Assembly (NCBI GenBank): GCA_963765765.1
Contig: CAVXYC010000032.1
Location: forward strand, 128,001-192,000
Direction: 5' to 3'
Length of the DNA stretch: 64,000 nucleotides
DNA from: an uncultured Chloroflexia bacterium
Lineage (GTDB): Bacteria > Chloroflexota > UBA6077 > JACCZL01
Shown here: piece by piece, positions 9,812-19,508 of the stretch
How the letters are laid out: each line of letters begins with the position of its first letter
How positions within the stretch are numbered: the first letter of the stretch is position 1
The notes under the pieces: model-generated
Told to the model about the DNA's origin: nothing
The model's input: the letters and a program-made list of their open reading frames with translations, nothing else
Database searches by the model: none
Position numbers and translations under genes: made by a program

Positions 9812-10251
9812 TCAATGAGCTACGAGAAGCCACGGCATCCACAAACAACGAACCGGCGTTTGGAGCGGAGCTGGTGCGCCGAATCTATGACGCGGCCACT
9901 CCAGCGGCGGTATACGGCCAGCCGATCGTTCATGGGGAATACATGATCGTGACAGCATCGGAGGTAGCGGCTGGCGGCGGCTTTGGATTTGGCCGTGGCT
10001 TCGGCATTGACCCGTCCGGCAACGTCAGCACATCAGGCGATTCGTCATCTGGCGGTGGCGGAGGCGCGGGTGGCGGTGGTGGAGGAGCCGGCGGCCGCCC
10101 CGTGGCGGTCATCGAGATCGGTCCAAACGGCGTGAGGATAAAACCCGTTGTCGATGTGACGAAGTTCATGCTCGGCGCGATAAGCGCCTGGGTGGCAATT
10201 GCGGTCGCGCTCGGAAAATGGCGCCGGTTCCGGCTGCCGTGGGCGAGATAG
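9808..10251 (+). CDS. GerW/YtfJ family protein
   Basis: VYGQPI...GGGFGFG...GGGGGAGGRPVAVIEIGPNGVRIKPVVD; SD AAGGAG upstream. Confidence 0.8.
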   Translation: MINELREATASTNNEPAFGAELVRRIYDAATPAAVYGQPIVHGEYMIVTASEVAAGGGFGFGRGFGIDPSGNVSTSGDSSSGGGGGAGGGGGGAGGRPVAVIEIGPNGVRIKPVVDVTKFMLGAISAWVAIAVALGKWRRFRLPWAR

Positions 10252-10273
10252 AGCCTCGATCTATCAGCTCATG

Positions 10274-10313
10274 CTAGGACTGCCCCTCCTCGTCCCAGGA
10301 GCGGCAGTCCTAG
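10274..10313. terminator. Stem-loop between convergent genes
   Basis: CTAGGACTGCC...GGCAGTCCTAG inverted repeat. Confidence 0.55.
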
Positions 10314-10786
10314 CTCCTTCGGTAGGTTACCTCAGAAAAAACTGCCACTAGAAAAAGGCTGCCACTCTTCGCCGTCACCGGAGATCTCCATCCGGTATTG
10401 GATCTGGCTCGCCTCGCTGACATCCCAGGTTGCGCGCGTGTGGCCTCCCCGAAGCTGCATTGCAAGCGGAGTCTGCTTTCTTCAAAGGTCCCACGAAATG
10501 TGCTGGGCGCTTGACCCAGCGAATCGAACCAGTGAAGCTGATAGACATCCTCGTTTGCGTCGTAACGGAAGACGCCGTGCCCTTGAAAGTTCACCCGGCC
10601 ATCACGCCGTTGCGTGTAGTCATGGATCACCGCAAAGCCATCGAGCGCTAGACGATTCTCCACTTCGCACTGGGCTGGTCCGCCTGCCGGGTCCCAGGGT
10701 GACGGATGAAGCTGCTCCTGGCCGGACCAACAGCCAATAAGTGCCTGAAGCTTTCTATGAGCTTCGCCAGTTCTGGGCATGTTCAT
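10310..10786 (-). CDS. DUF1579 family protein, frameshifted near the C-terminus
   Basis: HRKLQALIG.WSGQE...SPW...FQGHG...Y.LHWFDS; an alternative frame gives YRMEISGDGEEWQPF. Confidence 0.75.
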   Translation of the reverse strand: MNMPRTGEAHRKLQALIGCWSGQEQLHPSPWDPAGGPAQCEVENRLALDGFAVIHDYTQRRDGRVNFQGHGVFRYDANEDVYQLHWFDSLGQAPSTFRGTFEESRLRLQCSFGEATRAQPGMSARRARSNTGWRSPVTAKSGSLFLVAVFSEVTYRRS

Positions 10787-10877
10787 CGGGCTGTTCCCCA
10801 AGTTTAAGTAATCGGGGTAGGATGGCGCGTTGCGCTGCGCCTGTCAACCGCGAGCAAACCTTAGACTGCCGACTGGT

Positions 10878-11429
10878 TCAGATGATGAGCGACGGAACTT
10901 CCAGAGAAGTGTGGCCGAGCTTCACCGTTGCCGAGTAGGTGCCTACTTTGACGGCATCGAACTCGAACCAGCCCTGATCGTCAATGCGCGCCTCAACGGC
11001 GCCGCTGGCGCCATAGAGGCAGTTTCGGGCGTCAGGGCTCAGCTCAACTCCACGGAGCTGGCCCAGCATATTTGCGTGGGAACCACGCCGGTCGGTCCGC
11101 AGCTCAACATCCAGTGCGGCCGGGTCCGACTGGAAGAGCATCCGCCGCGGACGGAGGGCGGCAGACCGCGAACCGACCAGCGCGATATCGTCATGGCTAT
11201 CGAAGACAAGAAACGCCAGGCGCTGTGTTGGCAGCTCACCTGACGGAGTCCCCTGAGCCACTCGTGCAGCACGACGGATGATGCTCTCACCTTGTCGGAC
11301 ATGGCCGCCCGCCAACTGACCCGGAACCGTTGGCTCCGGATGTTCGGTCGGGCTTCCATCTGTTCCAACATTGAGTGAGCGACCCCGCACAGCTTCCGTG
11401 CCGCGTGTTTCGTCCATGGCTGAGAACAT
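10878..11429 (-). CDS. Hypothetical protein with carboxypeptidase-regulatory-like beta-sandwich C-terminus
   Basis: AFLVFDS...RRMLF...LDVEL...GQL...ARIDDQGWFEFDAVKVGTY. The true start is uncertain. Confidence 0.6.
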   Translation of the reverse strand: MFSAMDETRGTEAVRGRSLNVGTDGSPTEHPEPTVPGQLAGGHVRQGESIIRRAARVAQGTPSGELPTQRLAFLVFDSHDDIALVGSRSAALRPRRMLFQSDPAALDVELRTDRRGSHANMLGQLRGVELSPDARNCLYGASGAVEARIDDQGWFEFDAVKVGTYSATVKLGHTSLEVPSLII

Positions 11430-11605
11430 TGTCCCCCGGGCAGTTCCGGGCGACCTGATTCATGTGGGCTACTCAGGAGGCCCATCTGGACTGTTGAACT
11501 TCACTCCATCGGTCGAATGGGGGAGAACGAGGCAACACTATGTCAGGGACGGCGACGGCTTCTTAGGGCATTAAGTTGCGCGCTCGCTGAACGGGGATGC
11601 TCGCT

Positions 11606-12677
11606 TCAAGAGTTCTTTGGAGGGATGACACCTACAGACTCGCAGACCTCCCCCAGGACTTTCCAGCCGAGCGGATTGAGCGGGAGCTCACCCTGAGCGC
11701 GGAGTGTGGCGGCGCGTCGCTGACCGCGCTCGCCCGGCACAAAAATCTCGTCCACACCTTCAATGGTCTCGCTGGATTTGATGTGCTGCACTAATTCATC
11801 CATGCGACTGGAGAATTCATCGCGTGACATGAACATCTCTGGGTTAAGCGCCAGGAAGAACTGGCCCTCCTTGCCGTTGGTCACACTTGCGCCCGCGCCG
11901 AATTGGGCTCCTGTCGAGCACCCCGGCAAGGATCTCCACCAGCAATGCCATCCCGAATCCCTTGTGACCGCCGACCGGCATCAGCAGTCCGCCCCGAAGG
12001 AACTCAGCCGGGTCATTTGTCGGTTTGCCGCTTGCATCCGCCACCAGACCGTCTGGCAGGGTGCGTCCCTCGAGCGCGGCAACACGTACCTTGAATCCGG
12101 CGATGGCCGTGGTTGCCATATCGAAGACAACGGGGTGCTCACCACCGGTCGGCGCGGCGAAGCAGAAGGGATTGGTGCCCAGCGTCCGGGTGCGTCCGCC
12201 CGGGGGTGGCATCAGCGGTGTGACGTTCGCCGTTGCTAGCGCAACAAAGCCACGACGAGCGGCCTCTGCAGGGTAAGGCGCGGCGGCCACGAAGTGCCCC
12301 GAGCGTCGCACCGCGGCCGCCGCCATTCCACGCGCACCCGCACGCTCTACGCACCAGCGCATCGCCTGGAAAGACGGTACAACACCGCAGCCGCCATCAG
12401 CGTCCAGAATGAGCGACGAGTCTGATTCCTGCACCACGGTGATATTTGGCGCGGGATTCAATGCGCCGGATCGGAACCACGCAGCGAGCTCACCCAGGAA
12501 ATAGACGCCGTGATCGTCATATCCACGCAGCTCCGCATCCAGAAGCACTTCGGCAATCTCAATTGCGTGATCGGCAGGACACCCGAGCCCCTCAAGCGCT
12601 TGTTCCATCGCCTGGCGAAGCGGTTCGATCGCAACCGGTCGCGCCTCGTTCAGCGACGCCGAAGTGCCAACTGTCAT
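11606..12677 (-). CDS. Ldh_2 (malate/L-sulfolactate dehydrogenase-like) oxidoreductase, frameshift at about 11915
   Basis: AELRGYDDHG, SGHF, GTNPFCFAAP, DMATT, GGHKGFG; C-terminus (GQFFLALNP...VPGE) in 11606..11929. Confidence 0.85.
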
Positions 12678-12832
12678 CTGATTGCTCCTCATTCCATCGT
12701 GGGCAGGAGCATAGCGGCCGTTGGAGCATGTGTCGAGCGATGGAATGCACTCCAACACCGTGGTCCATCGTTCGGTGAGTCCGCTATATTGGCAGTGTGG
12801 TCGGCCGGCATACGCGGCCGGTAGGAGGCTAC

Positions 12833-13231
12833 GTGTCACCGGTCTTGCGGTGGGGGCTGCTCGCGGGCATCGTTGTGATGGTCGTGGATACCATCTCTGC
12901 ATTGATAACTCAGGGCTTTCCCGCTGAAAGCGATACTGCCCAGACGGTCCAGATGATTGATCTCGCGGCCAGCGTCTTCATGTACGCACTGGCGGGATTT
13001 AAAAGCGGAAGAGCCGTAGGCATCGCTCGAGCCGGTGCGGAAGCCGGTGTCCTGGCTGGCGGACTGGCCGGAGCTCTGGCTGCTTTGCTGGCTTACGTGA
13101 TGCCCAGCCTGGAAGGGGGAGCACCCAACCCTATTGGCGCTATTGCATTGAACATTGCCCTTGGCGGCGTGCTCGGCTTTTTCAATGGCTGGCTGGGCAG
13201 TCGGACCCCGAACCCCGCAACTCGCCGGTAA
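12833..13231 (+). CDS. Four-helix membrane protein of unknown function
   Basis: GGAGG SD before GTG; four Gly/Ala-rich TM segments. Confidence 0.65.
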   Translation: MSPVLRWGLLAGIVVMVVDTISALITQGFPAESDTAQTVQMIDLAASVFMYALAGFKSGRAVGIARAGAEAGVLAGGLAGALAALLAYVMPSLEGGAPNPIGAIALNIALGGVLGFFNGWLGSRTPNPATRR

Positions 13232-13235
13232 CGAT

Positions 13236-13450
13236 CTACCCCGCTCCGACCGCGTCCCGGGTTCCTCGCGGCTCGCCAATGGTGAACACCTCGTAGAGAA
13301 ACGGGCGTTTCAATTGCGTCATCGCGGCAAGCGCAACATCATCGGCAAGCTGGCGATCCGAGCAAAGAATCAGTACCTGGCCTCGTATTTCTACTTCGGC
13401 GGCTCGGTCGGGTTATCACCGGCGATCTGAGTGACCCAGCAGTGAAGCAT
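13236..13450 (-). CDS. Small hypothetical protein, one frameshift
   Basis: MLHCWVTQIAGDNP, then in another frame DRAAEVEIRGQVLILCSDRQLADDVALAAMTQLKRPFLYEVFTIGEPRGTRDAVGAG*. Protein-like composition, fills the intergenic gap. Confidence 0.4.
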
Positions 13451-13592
13451 TCGACGCTCACGGGCCGTGAACGTCGCGACGGGTCGAATGATGCACCGCA
13501 TTGATTTCTCCGAAATCCAGGTATCTCGGTCTCGTTCTCCCGCTTAACGAACCGTATTGGCAAAGACGCTTGTCCCACCGAATAGACCCGAG

Positions 13593-16292
13593 CTAGTTTC
13601 GCCGAGGCGTGGGAGTGGAATTACGGGGTGGCGGCGTGGAGGTTGCTGGCGTGGAGGTGTCGCTGGCGTGGATGTTGTACGCGTCGCTGGCGTGGAGGGT
13701 GTCCGCGTCGCCGGCGTTGGAGAGGTCGTTAGCGGTGGTCGAATCGTCGGAGACGCCGCGGGGGCGAGCACGGATATCTGCCGCAATCCGTCCGTACTGT
13801 TTCCAAGACTGTCGAATACACGTAGGCGCAGCGTGTAGACGCCGGATCTAAGCTGGCCAAGATTAAGTGGATTTAGATTGCCCAGCGTAGCATCGACGTT
13901 GGACTGATTGCGCCCGGTAACGAGCGACATCCATTGCTCCGGAGCGGCCCCCTCGCCAAGCTCCAAGTCATAGTGATCAAAGTCGTCTATCGCCGCTGAG
14001 CCGGTGATGGGCACATTGGCCTGGAGCGTGACCGGAGCGGTTGGCCCCGTAATCTCAGCTCGTTTGATCCCTTTATAGATGTCGTCGCAACGAGTGGTGG
14101 GCGGCGAGGGGCGTCCGTTCTGTGTTGCCCAGGCTCTGGCGTCCGGAGGGACGATGAAGAACGACCGTGACTCGCGGGCATTAGCGGGCACCGCATCGAA
14201 CGCCAGTTTGCCGTTGACCTTGCAGACGTCCACGGCTCGAACCCCGTCATTGATCTCCGTCGGAACGTTGTTGCGCATAAACACGTCGGTCACACGACGC
14301 TGACAGTTTGGTCCGGGAAGCTGCCCTGAAGCTGCGCATACCTCACGGTCCACGATGTCCGCCGGACGAGTGAACCGCCGGGGCCTCCGTGTTGCCAAGA
14401 GCATCAACCATGTACGCTTTGTAGATACGACCCGCTCCCGCCGCCCCTTGGACATCGCGCATCGGCGAGCCGTCGTTGTTCCCTACCCAAACACCCGTCA
14501 ACAGGTCCGGCGTATATCCGACGACCCATGAGTCTCGATAGTCGTCGGTCGTCCCAGTTTTTCCGGCGGAAGATCGCCCCAGGGCCAGCGGTCCATTTCG
14601 GCCAAAGGTATCCGTCCGCGCATCGTCGTCGGAGAGCATGTGCGTGATCAGGTAGGCCAAACTGGGATTCACCACCTCCCGACCGCGATCGGCGTGATGC
14701 TCGTAGAGCGTCCGACCGCTCCCGTCGGTTACGCTGAGAATAGATACGGGATCGTAAATTCTGTAGCCGTTCTCAGGCCGTTCAATAGGCTCACCAATCT
14801 GAATGCCGTTGTTCGCGAAGCCCTGGTAAGAGTAGGTCAAGTCCAGGAGCGAGACTTCGCCGCCGCCAAGTGTGACAGCCAGGCCCAGGCGTGACGTGTC
14901 GCGAAGCGTGGTAATGCCCATACGATGAATCGTTGCAAGCATATCGGGAACGCCTACGGCCTCCAACGCCTTCACCGCCGGTACATTCAATGAGTTGCCC
15001 AGAGCGGAGCGCACCGACACGGGCCCTCGGAACTTCTGGTCGTAATTGAGCGGTGTATACGATCCGCCAAATGTCGTGGGTACGTCCCAAACGACCGTCG
15101 CCGGCGTCCAGTTCTTCGTGGCGAAAGCAGTGAGATACGTGAACGGCTTCAATGTGGAGCCCGGCTGGCGCGGCGCGAGAGCCACGTTCACCTGACCGCC
15201 AATCCGCGTGTCGTTAAAATCTACGCTTCCAACCATGGCCAGGATCTCACCGGATGAGGGTGAGATTGACACCAACGACGCATTGGTTGCATTTCGTTGA
15301 CGAAGCTCCTGCACAGCGGCCTTCACCTGCTGCTCTCCCAAGGTTTGCAACCGCAAGTCCAGCGAGGTTTTGACCTGCATGCCGGATCGGAAGAAGGTGT
15401 CGCTCCCGTACTGCCGCTCAATCTGCGAACGTACATAGTTCACGAAGTGCGGCGCCTTGATAGCGGCCTGCTCGGCACGCTGCTCGGGGGATCTGAGTGG
15501 TAGCGGCTCTCGTAGCGCCGCGTCCGCGTCTTGCTGGGTAATAAGGTTGGTGCGAGCCATCTGCTCCAGTACATAGGCCTGACGCTCCTTGACGCCCGCC
15601 ATGTTGGTATACGGGTCGTACCAGGACGGAGCTTGAGGCATGCCCGCCAGGAATGACGCCTCGGCCAGCGTCAGGTCGCGTGCGCGCTTCCCGAAGTACG
15701 TCTCCGACGCCGCCTCGATCCCGTAGGCCATGTTTCCGTAGTAGATCTCATTGAGATACATCTCCAGGATCTTGTCCTTGGGGTAGCGACGAGTCAGCTC
15801 TATAGCCAGCAACGCCTCCTTCATTTTGCGGTCGGCCGTTGGATCGGGCGTGAGTAGTGCGTTCTTGACGAGCTGCTGGGTGATGGTGCTGGCGCCGGAG
15901 GTGATGCTCTGCTCGCGGAAGTTTTGCCAGAGCGCGCGTACGATGGCGCGAGGATCAAATCCTGGATTCGAATAGAAGCTGGCATCTTCGGCGGCCACTG
16001 TCGCATCGCGAAGCTGCTTGGACATTTCGGTAACCGGGATCAGGGTGCGATTGCCACCCTTGGGGTCCGTGAACTCACCCAGCACCTGCCCGTTACGGTC
16101 CAGGATCCGCGCGGTTTGGAACACACGTCGGTCATCCAACGAGTTCGGGTCGGGCAGGTCCTTGGCGTAGTACGCGTACACGCCCGCCGTGGCAAAGGCG
16201 CTCAGCACTACGCCGAAGATGGCTAGGAGGAGGAGGTAGAGGAAAAGACGCACAGGCAGGCTTGCGTAAGAAGTAGGCGCCCAGCAGCGCAA
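13593..16292 (-). CDS. Class A penicillin-binding protein (PBP1A family) with extended C-terminus; frameshifts at about 14380 and 13660
   Basis: TM anchor; transglycosylase motifs AAED..F, GASTITQQ, RKMKE, YLNEIY; transpeptidase SxxK (GSTLK), SLN, KTG; C-terminal domains in 13544..14455. Confidence 0.9.
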
Positions 16293-16478
16293 CGAAAGGT
16301 TTTCACTGAATCACCATCGTAGAGGTGAGCTGCTGAGAAGGACCAGCTTAGGTTACACCGTCGATCCACTCGTTGACGATTTTTGAGTGGCACTCTTGAA
16401 ACGGACAATCACCGTTCTCGATTCGAGGAGAGCTGCAGGTCGCGTCGCAAATCAGCTCAGCAGGGTTCGAACCGAGCG

Positions 16479-16697
16479 TTATTCCTCGAAGAGCTCCAAG
16501 CGAGCCGGGATTGGCGGATGACGGATAACAATGTCCCAATGCGCAATTCACGACGGTTCGGAACGATAGCTGTGACCGTGGTTCCCGCTTGCTGTCGCTG
16601 CATTACGACGTGACTTTCACGTTGACGGACGGCTTGAAACCGTTGCCTCCAGAATTGTGCACGCTTCGCGTCCCGAAAGGACCCGCAGCCTACCCAA
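16479..16697 (-). pseudogene. hicA: HicA-family toxin remnant
   Basis: Across small indels it reads LGRLRVLSGREACTILE.NGF.AVRQRESHVVMQ...IVPNRRELRIGTLLSVIRQS, matching the HicA pattern; overlaps the hicB stop. Confidence 0.7.
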
Positions 16698-16934
16698 CCG
16701 CGACCTCGAGGCGCGTCACGTAGACTTCAGTCTTCATTCGACCCCGAATTTCCTTATCGCTGGCAGATTCGAAAAAGAGCTGGACCGCCTCTTCGAGATT
16801 CCGGCGAGCTTCTTCAACGGTGTCACCCTGACTTGGGTGTCACCCTGACTTGCAATGTCCAATTCCGGACACAGTGACACATAGCTGTCCGTCTCGCGCT
16901 CTATGAGCGCGGCAAGTTGATGTATCTGGCTCAT
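16690..16934 (-). pseudogene. hicB: HicB-family antitoxin disrupted by a 17-bp tandem duplication
   Basis: IERE..SYVSLCPELDIASQGDT; removing one copy of GGTGTCACCCTGACTTG (16819-16852) restores a 75-aa ORF ending VEEARRNLEEAVQLFFE...RLEVAVG. Confidence 0.8.
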
Positions 16935-18811
16935 GAACGCGGCCTTTCTCTGCTAGGCTCAATTCTACGAAGTAAGACGGGCTCTAACTGGTCGCCCTCC
17001 TGATGTCCGCTGCTGGATGTGTCTCGAAACTGCGTCTCATACAGCCGCGCATACAGCCCGCCTGCCGAAACTAGCTCAGCGTGCGTGCCTTGCTCAACGA
17101 GTCGGCCGCGATCGAGAACGAGGATGCGGTCGGCAGCGAGGATAGTGCTCAATCGGTGGGCGATGACCAGGCTGGTGCGGCCGCGCATGGCGCGGGCGAG
17201 CGCTTGCTGGACAAGCGCTTCAGACGTGGAGTCAAGATGCGCGGTGGCTTCGTCCAGCACCAAGATGCGCGGATCTTTGAGTAGCACGCGGGCGAGCGCC
17301 AAACGCTGCTTCTCACCACCGGAGAGGCGATATCCCCGCTCTCCAACGATCGTGTCGTAGCCGGCGGGAAGGTTGCCGAGGAGCTCATCGATATTGGCAG
17401 CCTGACAGGCGGCCTGGAGCTCAGCGTCCGTGGCCTCCGGACGCCCGTAAAGCAGATTCTCCCTAATCGAGCTGTGGAAAAGAAAAGGCTCCTGGCTCAC
17501 CACTCCAATCTGCTGGCGGAGTGATTCCAGCGTGAGATCCCGAATATCGATTCCGTCGAGGGTGATGGCTCCGCCGGTCGGATCGTAAAAACGGGGTACG
17601 AGGTAGGTTACCGTGGTTTTGCCCGCGCCGCTGGGGCCGACGAGCGCGATCATCTCGCCCGGGAGCGCCTCGAATGAAACGTCGCTGAGAGCAGGACGAC
17701 CGGGGACGTATTCAAACGAGACCTGCTCGAATCGAAGCTCGCCGCGAGCAACGCCGATGCGCCGCGCATCAGAACGCTCAGCCACGTCGGGCTCGATATC
17801 CAGGTACTGGAAGATCCGCTCGAACAGCGCCATGGCGCCCATGACGTCCACGTGCACATTGGCGAGCTGCGACGCCGGGCCATACAACCGCTGGAGATAG
17901 GCGATGAACGCGATGATCGTTCCGACGGTGATCGCACCGTCGATCACCAGCCAGCCACCATACCAGTAGATCAGCGCCGGTCCGATGGACGCGAAAAGAC
18001 CGAGGAACATGAAGAACCAGCGCCCGACCAGCGCCCGACGAATCTGCGTGCGCATCAAGGTAAGGCTGTTCTCGCGGAACCGCTCCGCCTCCGAGGCTTC
18101 CGCGGCGAAGCTCTTCACGAGCACCGCGCCGCTGATGGACAGTGTCTCCTGCATGTGACTACTGAGCACCGACTGCTGTTCCGCGGCCTCCCGAGCGATC
18201 TGATGGCGCGCCTGGCCCACGCGGCGCGTGGGGATGATGAACAGCGGAATGATGCCCAGGGCTACGAGCGCCAACCGCCAATCAATGGCCAGGATGACGA
18301 TCGCTGTACTGACCACCACGAACACGTTGGTCAGTACGCCTGCCAGCGTGTCTCGAATAACGTCCTGTACGCCATTGACGTCGTTGTTCAAGCGGGACAT
18401 CACCTCGCCCGTACGCGAGTCGGTGAAGAACTTCAGCCCCTGCTTCTGAAGGTGGGTGTAGAGGGCGTTGCGCAGGTCAAACATGACCTGCTGACTGATG
18501 GTGGTGTTGAGGTAGTTCTGACCCACGCCGACAAGTCCGGCGAACAGTGGCACCAGCACGACACCCAGAGCTAGCAAGCTGAGACCAAGCCGGTCCCCGG
18601 CGGGAATCGCTTCGTCGATGATCTGTCGCACGAGCAGTGGCGGGATCGTACCGGCGAGGGAAGTGAAGATCAGGCAAACGACAACCAGAAGCCATTGTCG
18701 CCAGTAGGGCGTGATGTAGCGGAACGCACGCTTCAAAAGCGCTGGGTTGAATTTGACCTTTTCAACAGAGCGGTAGCGCACGCCACCGCCGCCCATGCGG
18801 CCGCCAAGCAT
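16931..18811 (-). CDS. ABC exporter, fused permease and ATPase (MsbA/Sav1866-like)
   Basis: Six-TM domain, Walker A GPSGAGKT, LSGGEKQR, LDEAT, IAHRLST. Confidence 0.95.
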   Translation of the reverse strand: MLGGRMGGGGVRYRSVEKVKFNPALLKRAFRYITPYWRQWLLVVVCLIFTSLAGTIPPLLVRQIIDEAIPAGDRLGLSLLALGVVLVPLFAGLVGVGQNYLNTTISQQVMFDLRNALYTHLQKQGLKFFTDSRTGEVMSRLNNDVNGVQDVIRDTLAGVLTNVFVVVSTAIVILAIDWRLALVALGIIPLFIIPTRRVGQARHQIAREAAEQQSVLSSHMQETLSISGAVLVKSFAAEASEAERFRENSLTLMRTQIRRALVGRWFFMFLGLFASIGPALIYWYGGWLVIDGAITVGTIIAFIAYLQRLYGPASQLANVHVDVMGAMALFERIFQYLDIEPDVAERSDARRIGVARGELRFEQVSFEYVPGRPALSDVSFEALPGEMIALVGPSGAGKTTVTYLVPRFYDPTGGAITLDGIDIRDLTLESLRQQIGVVSQEPFLFHSSIRENLLYGRPEATDAELQAACQAANIDELLGNLPAGYDTIVGERGYRLSGGEKQRLALARVLLKDPRILVLDEATAHLDSTSEALVQQALARAMRGRTSLVIAHRLSTILAADRILVLDRGRLVEQGTHAELVSAGGLYARLYETQFRDTSSSGHQEGDQLEPVLLRRIEPSRERPRS

Positions 18812-18846
18812 CTAGTCGATGCTCCGTGCGGGAGTTGAGCTCGAAG

Positions 18847-18957
18847 AGCCCGACCCCACCCCAGCCCTCCCCGCTGCGGCAGGGAGGGGGCCGGATGTGC
18901 CGCACATCACCGGCCCCCTCCCTGCCGCAGCGGGGAGGGCTGGGGTGGGGTCGGGCT
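18847..18957. repeat. REP/REPIN-like palindrome with perfect 48-bp arms
   Basis: 18847-18894 is the exact reverse complement of 18910-18957 (CCCCACCCCAGCCCTCCCC type). Confidence 0.85.
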
Positions 18958-19022
18958 GCCCAAGGGACGCCTGCGATGCTTTGCATGAAGAAAATACTAC
19001 GCCCTACACTTACGATCTCACA

Positions 19023-19508
19023 ATGTCCAATCGATCAGAGCTTATTCAGCGCGGCGTTGAGCTCCAGATGCGGTGTTACCGCCTGCTACGCAACCTTGGC
19101 CCGGACGATCCATGGCTGGCCGTGGAGCTCACCATGCCGCAGCTCAAGGTGCTCTTTCGATTAAGCGCGCAGGGTCCTTCTCGAGTTGGCGCATTAGCTC
19201 GTGCGTTGCGGGTAACGCTGCCAACGATGACCGGAATCCTTGATCGACTCGTGGAGCAAGGACTGATCCGGCGTGAGGAGGATACCGCGGATCGCCGCCT
19301 GGTAATCAGTCGGCTCACGCCACAAGGACAGGACCTCGTGGATCAGCTTCAGGCTGCCAGCCGTACGCGGCTGACCCGCGTCTATGAAGCACTCTCCACG
19401 GAGGCGCTAGAGCGGCACGTCGCCGCTCTTGATGAGGTGTTACCTGCTGCTGAGGCGGTTGCCGCTCGTGAGCAAGCCGAACAGATCGTCGATGTGACAG
19501 CTCGATGA
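19023..19508 (+). CDS. MarR family transcriptional regulator
   Basis: LTMPQLKVL...LARAL.VTLPTMTGILDRLVEQGLIRR...DRR...LTPQG. Confidence 0.9.
   Translation: MSNRSELIQRGVELQMRCYRLLRNLGPDDPWLAVELTMPQLKVLFRLSAQGPSRVGALARALRVTLPTMTGILDRLVEQGLIRREEDTADRRLVISRLTPQGQDLVDQLQAASRTRLTRVYEALSTEALERHVAALDEVLPAAEAVAAREQAEQIVDVTAR

Noticed and set aside
13620-13720. Short direct repeats that could suggest a CRISPR array
   Set aside because: Units are about 10-13 bp with irregular short spacing and encode the Thr/Pro tail of PBP1A; no cas genes are present.
18819-19022. N-terminal extension of the MarR ORF in the ORF track
   Set aside because: It is a translation of the REP palindrome; the MarR domain begins at the ATG at 19023.
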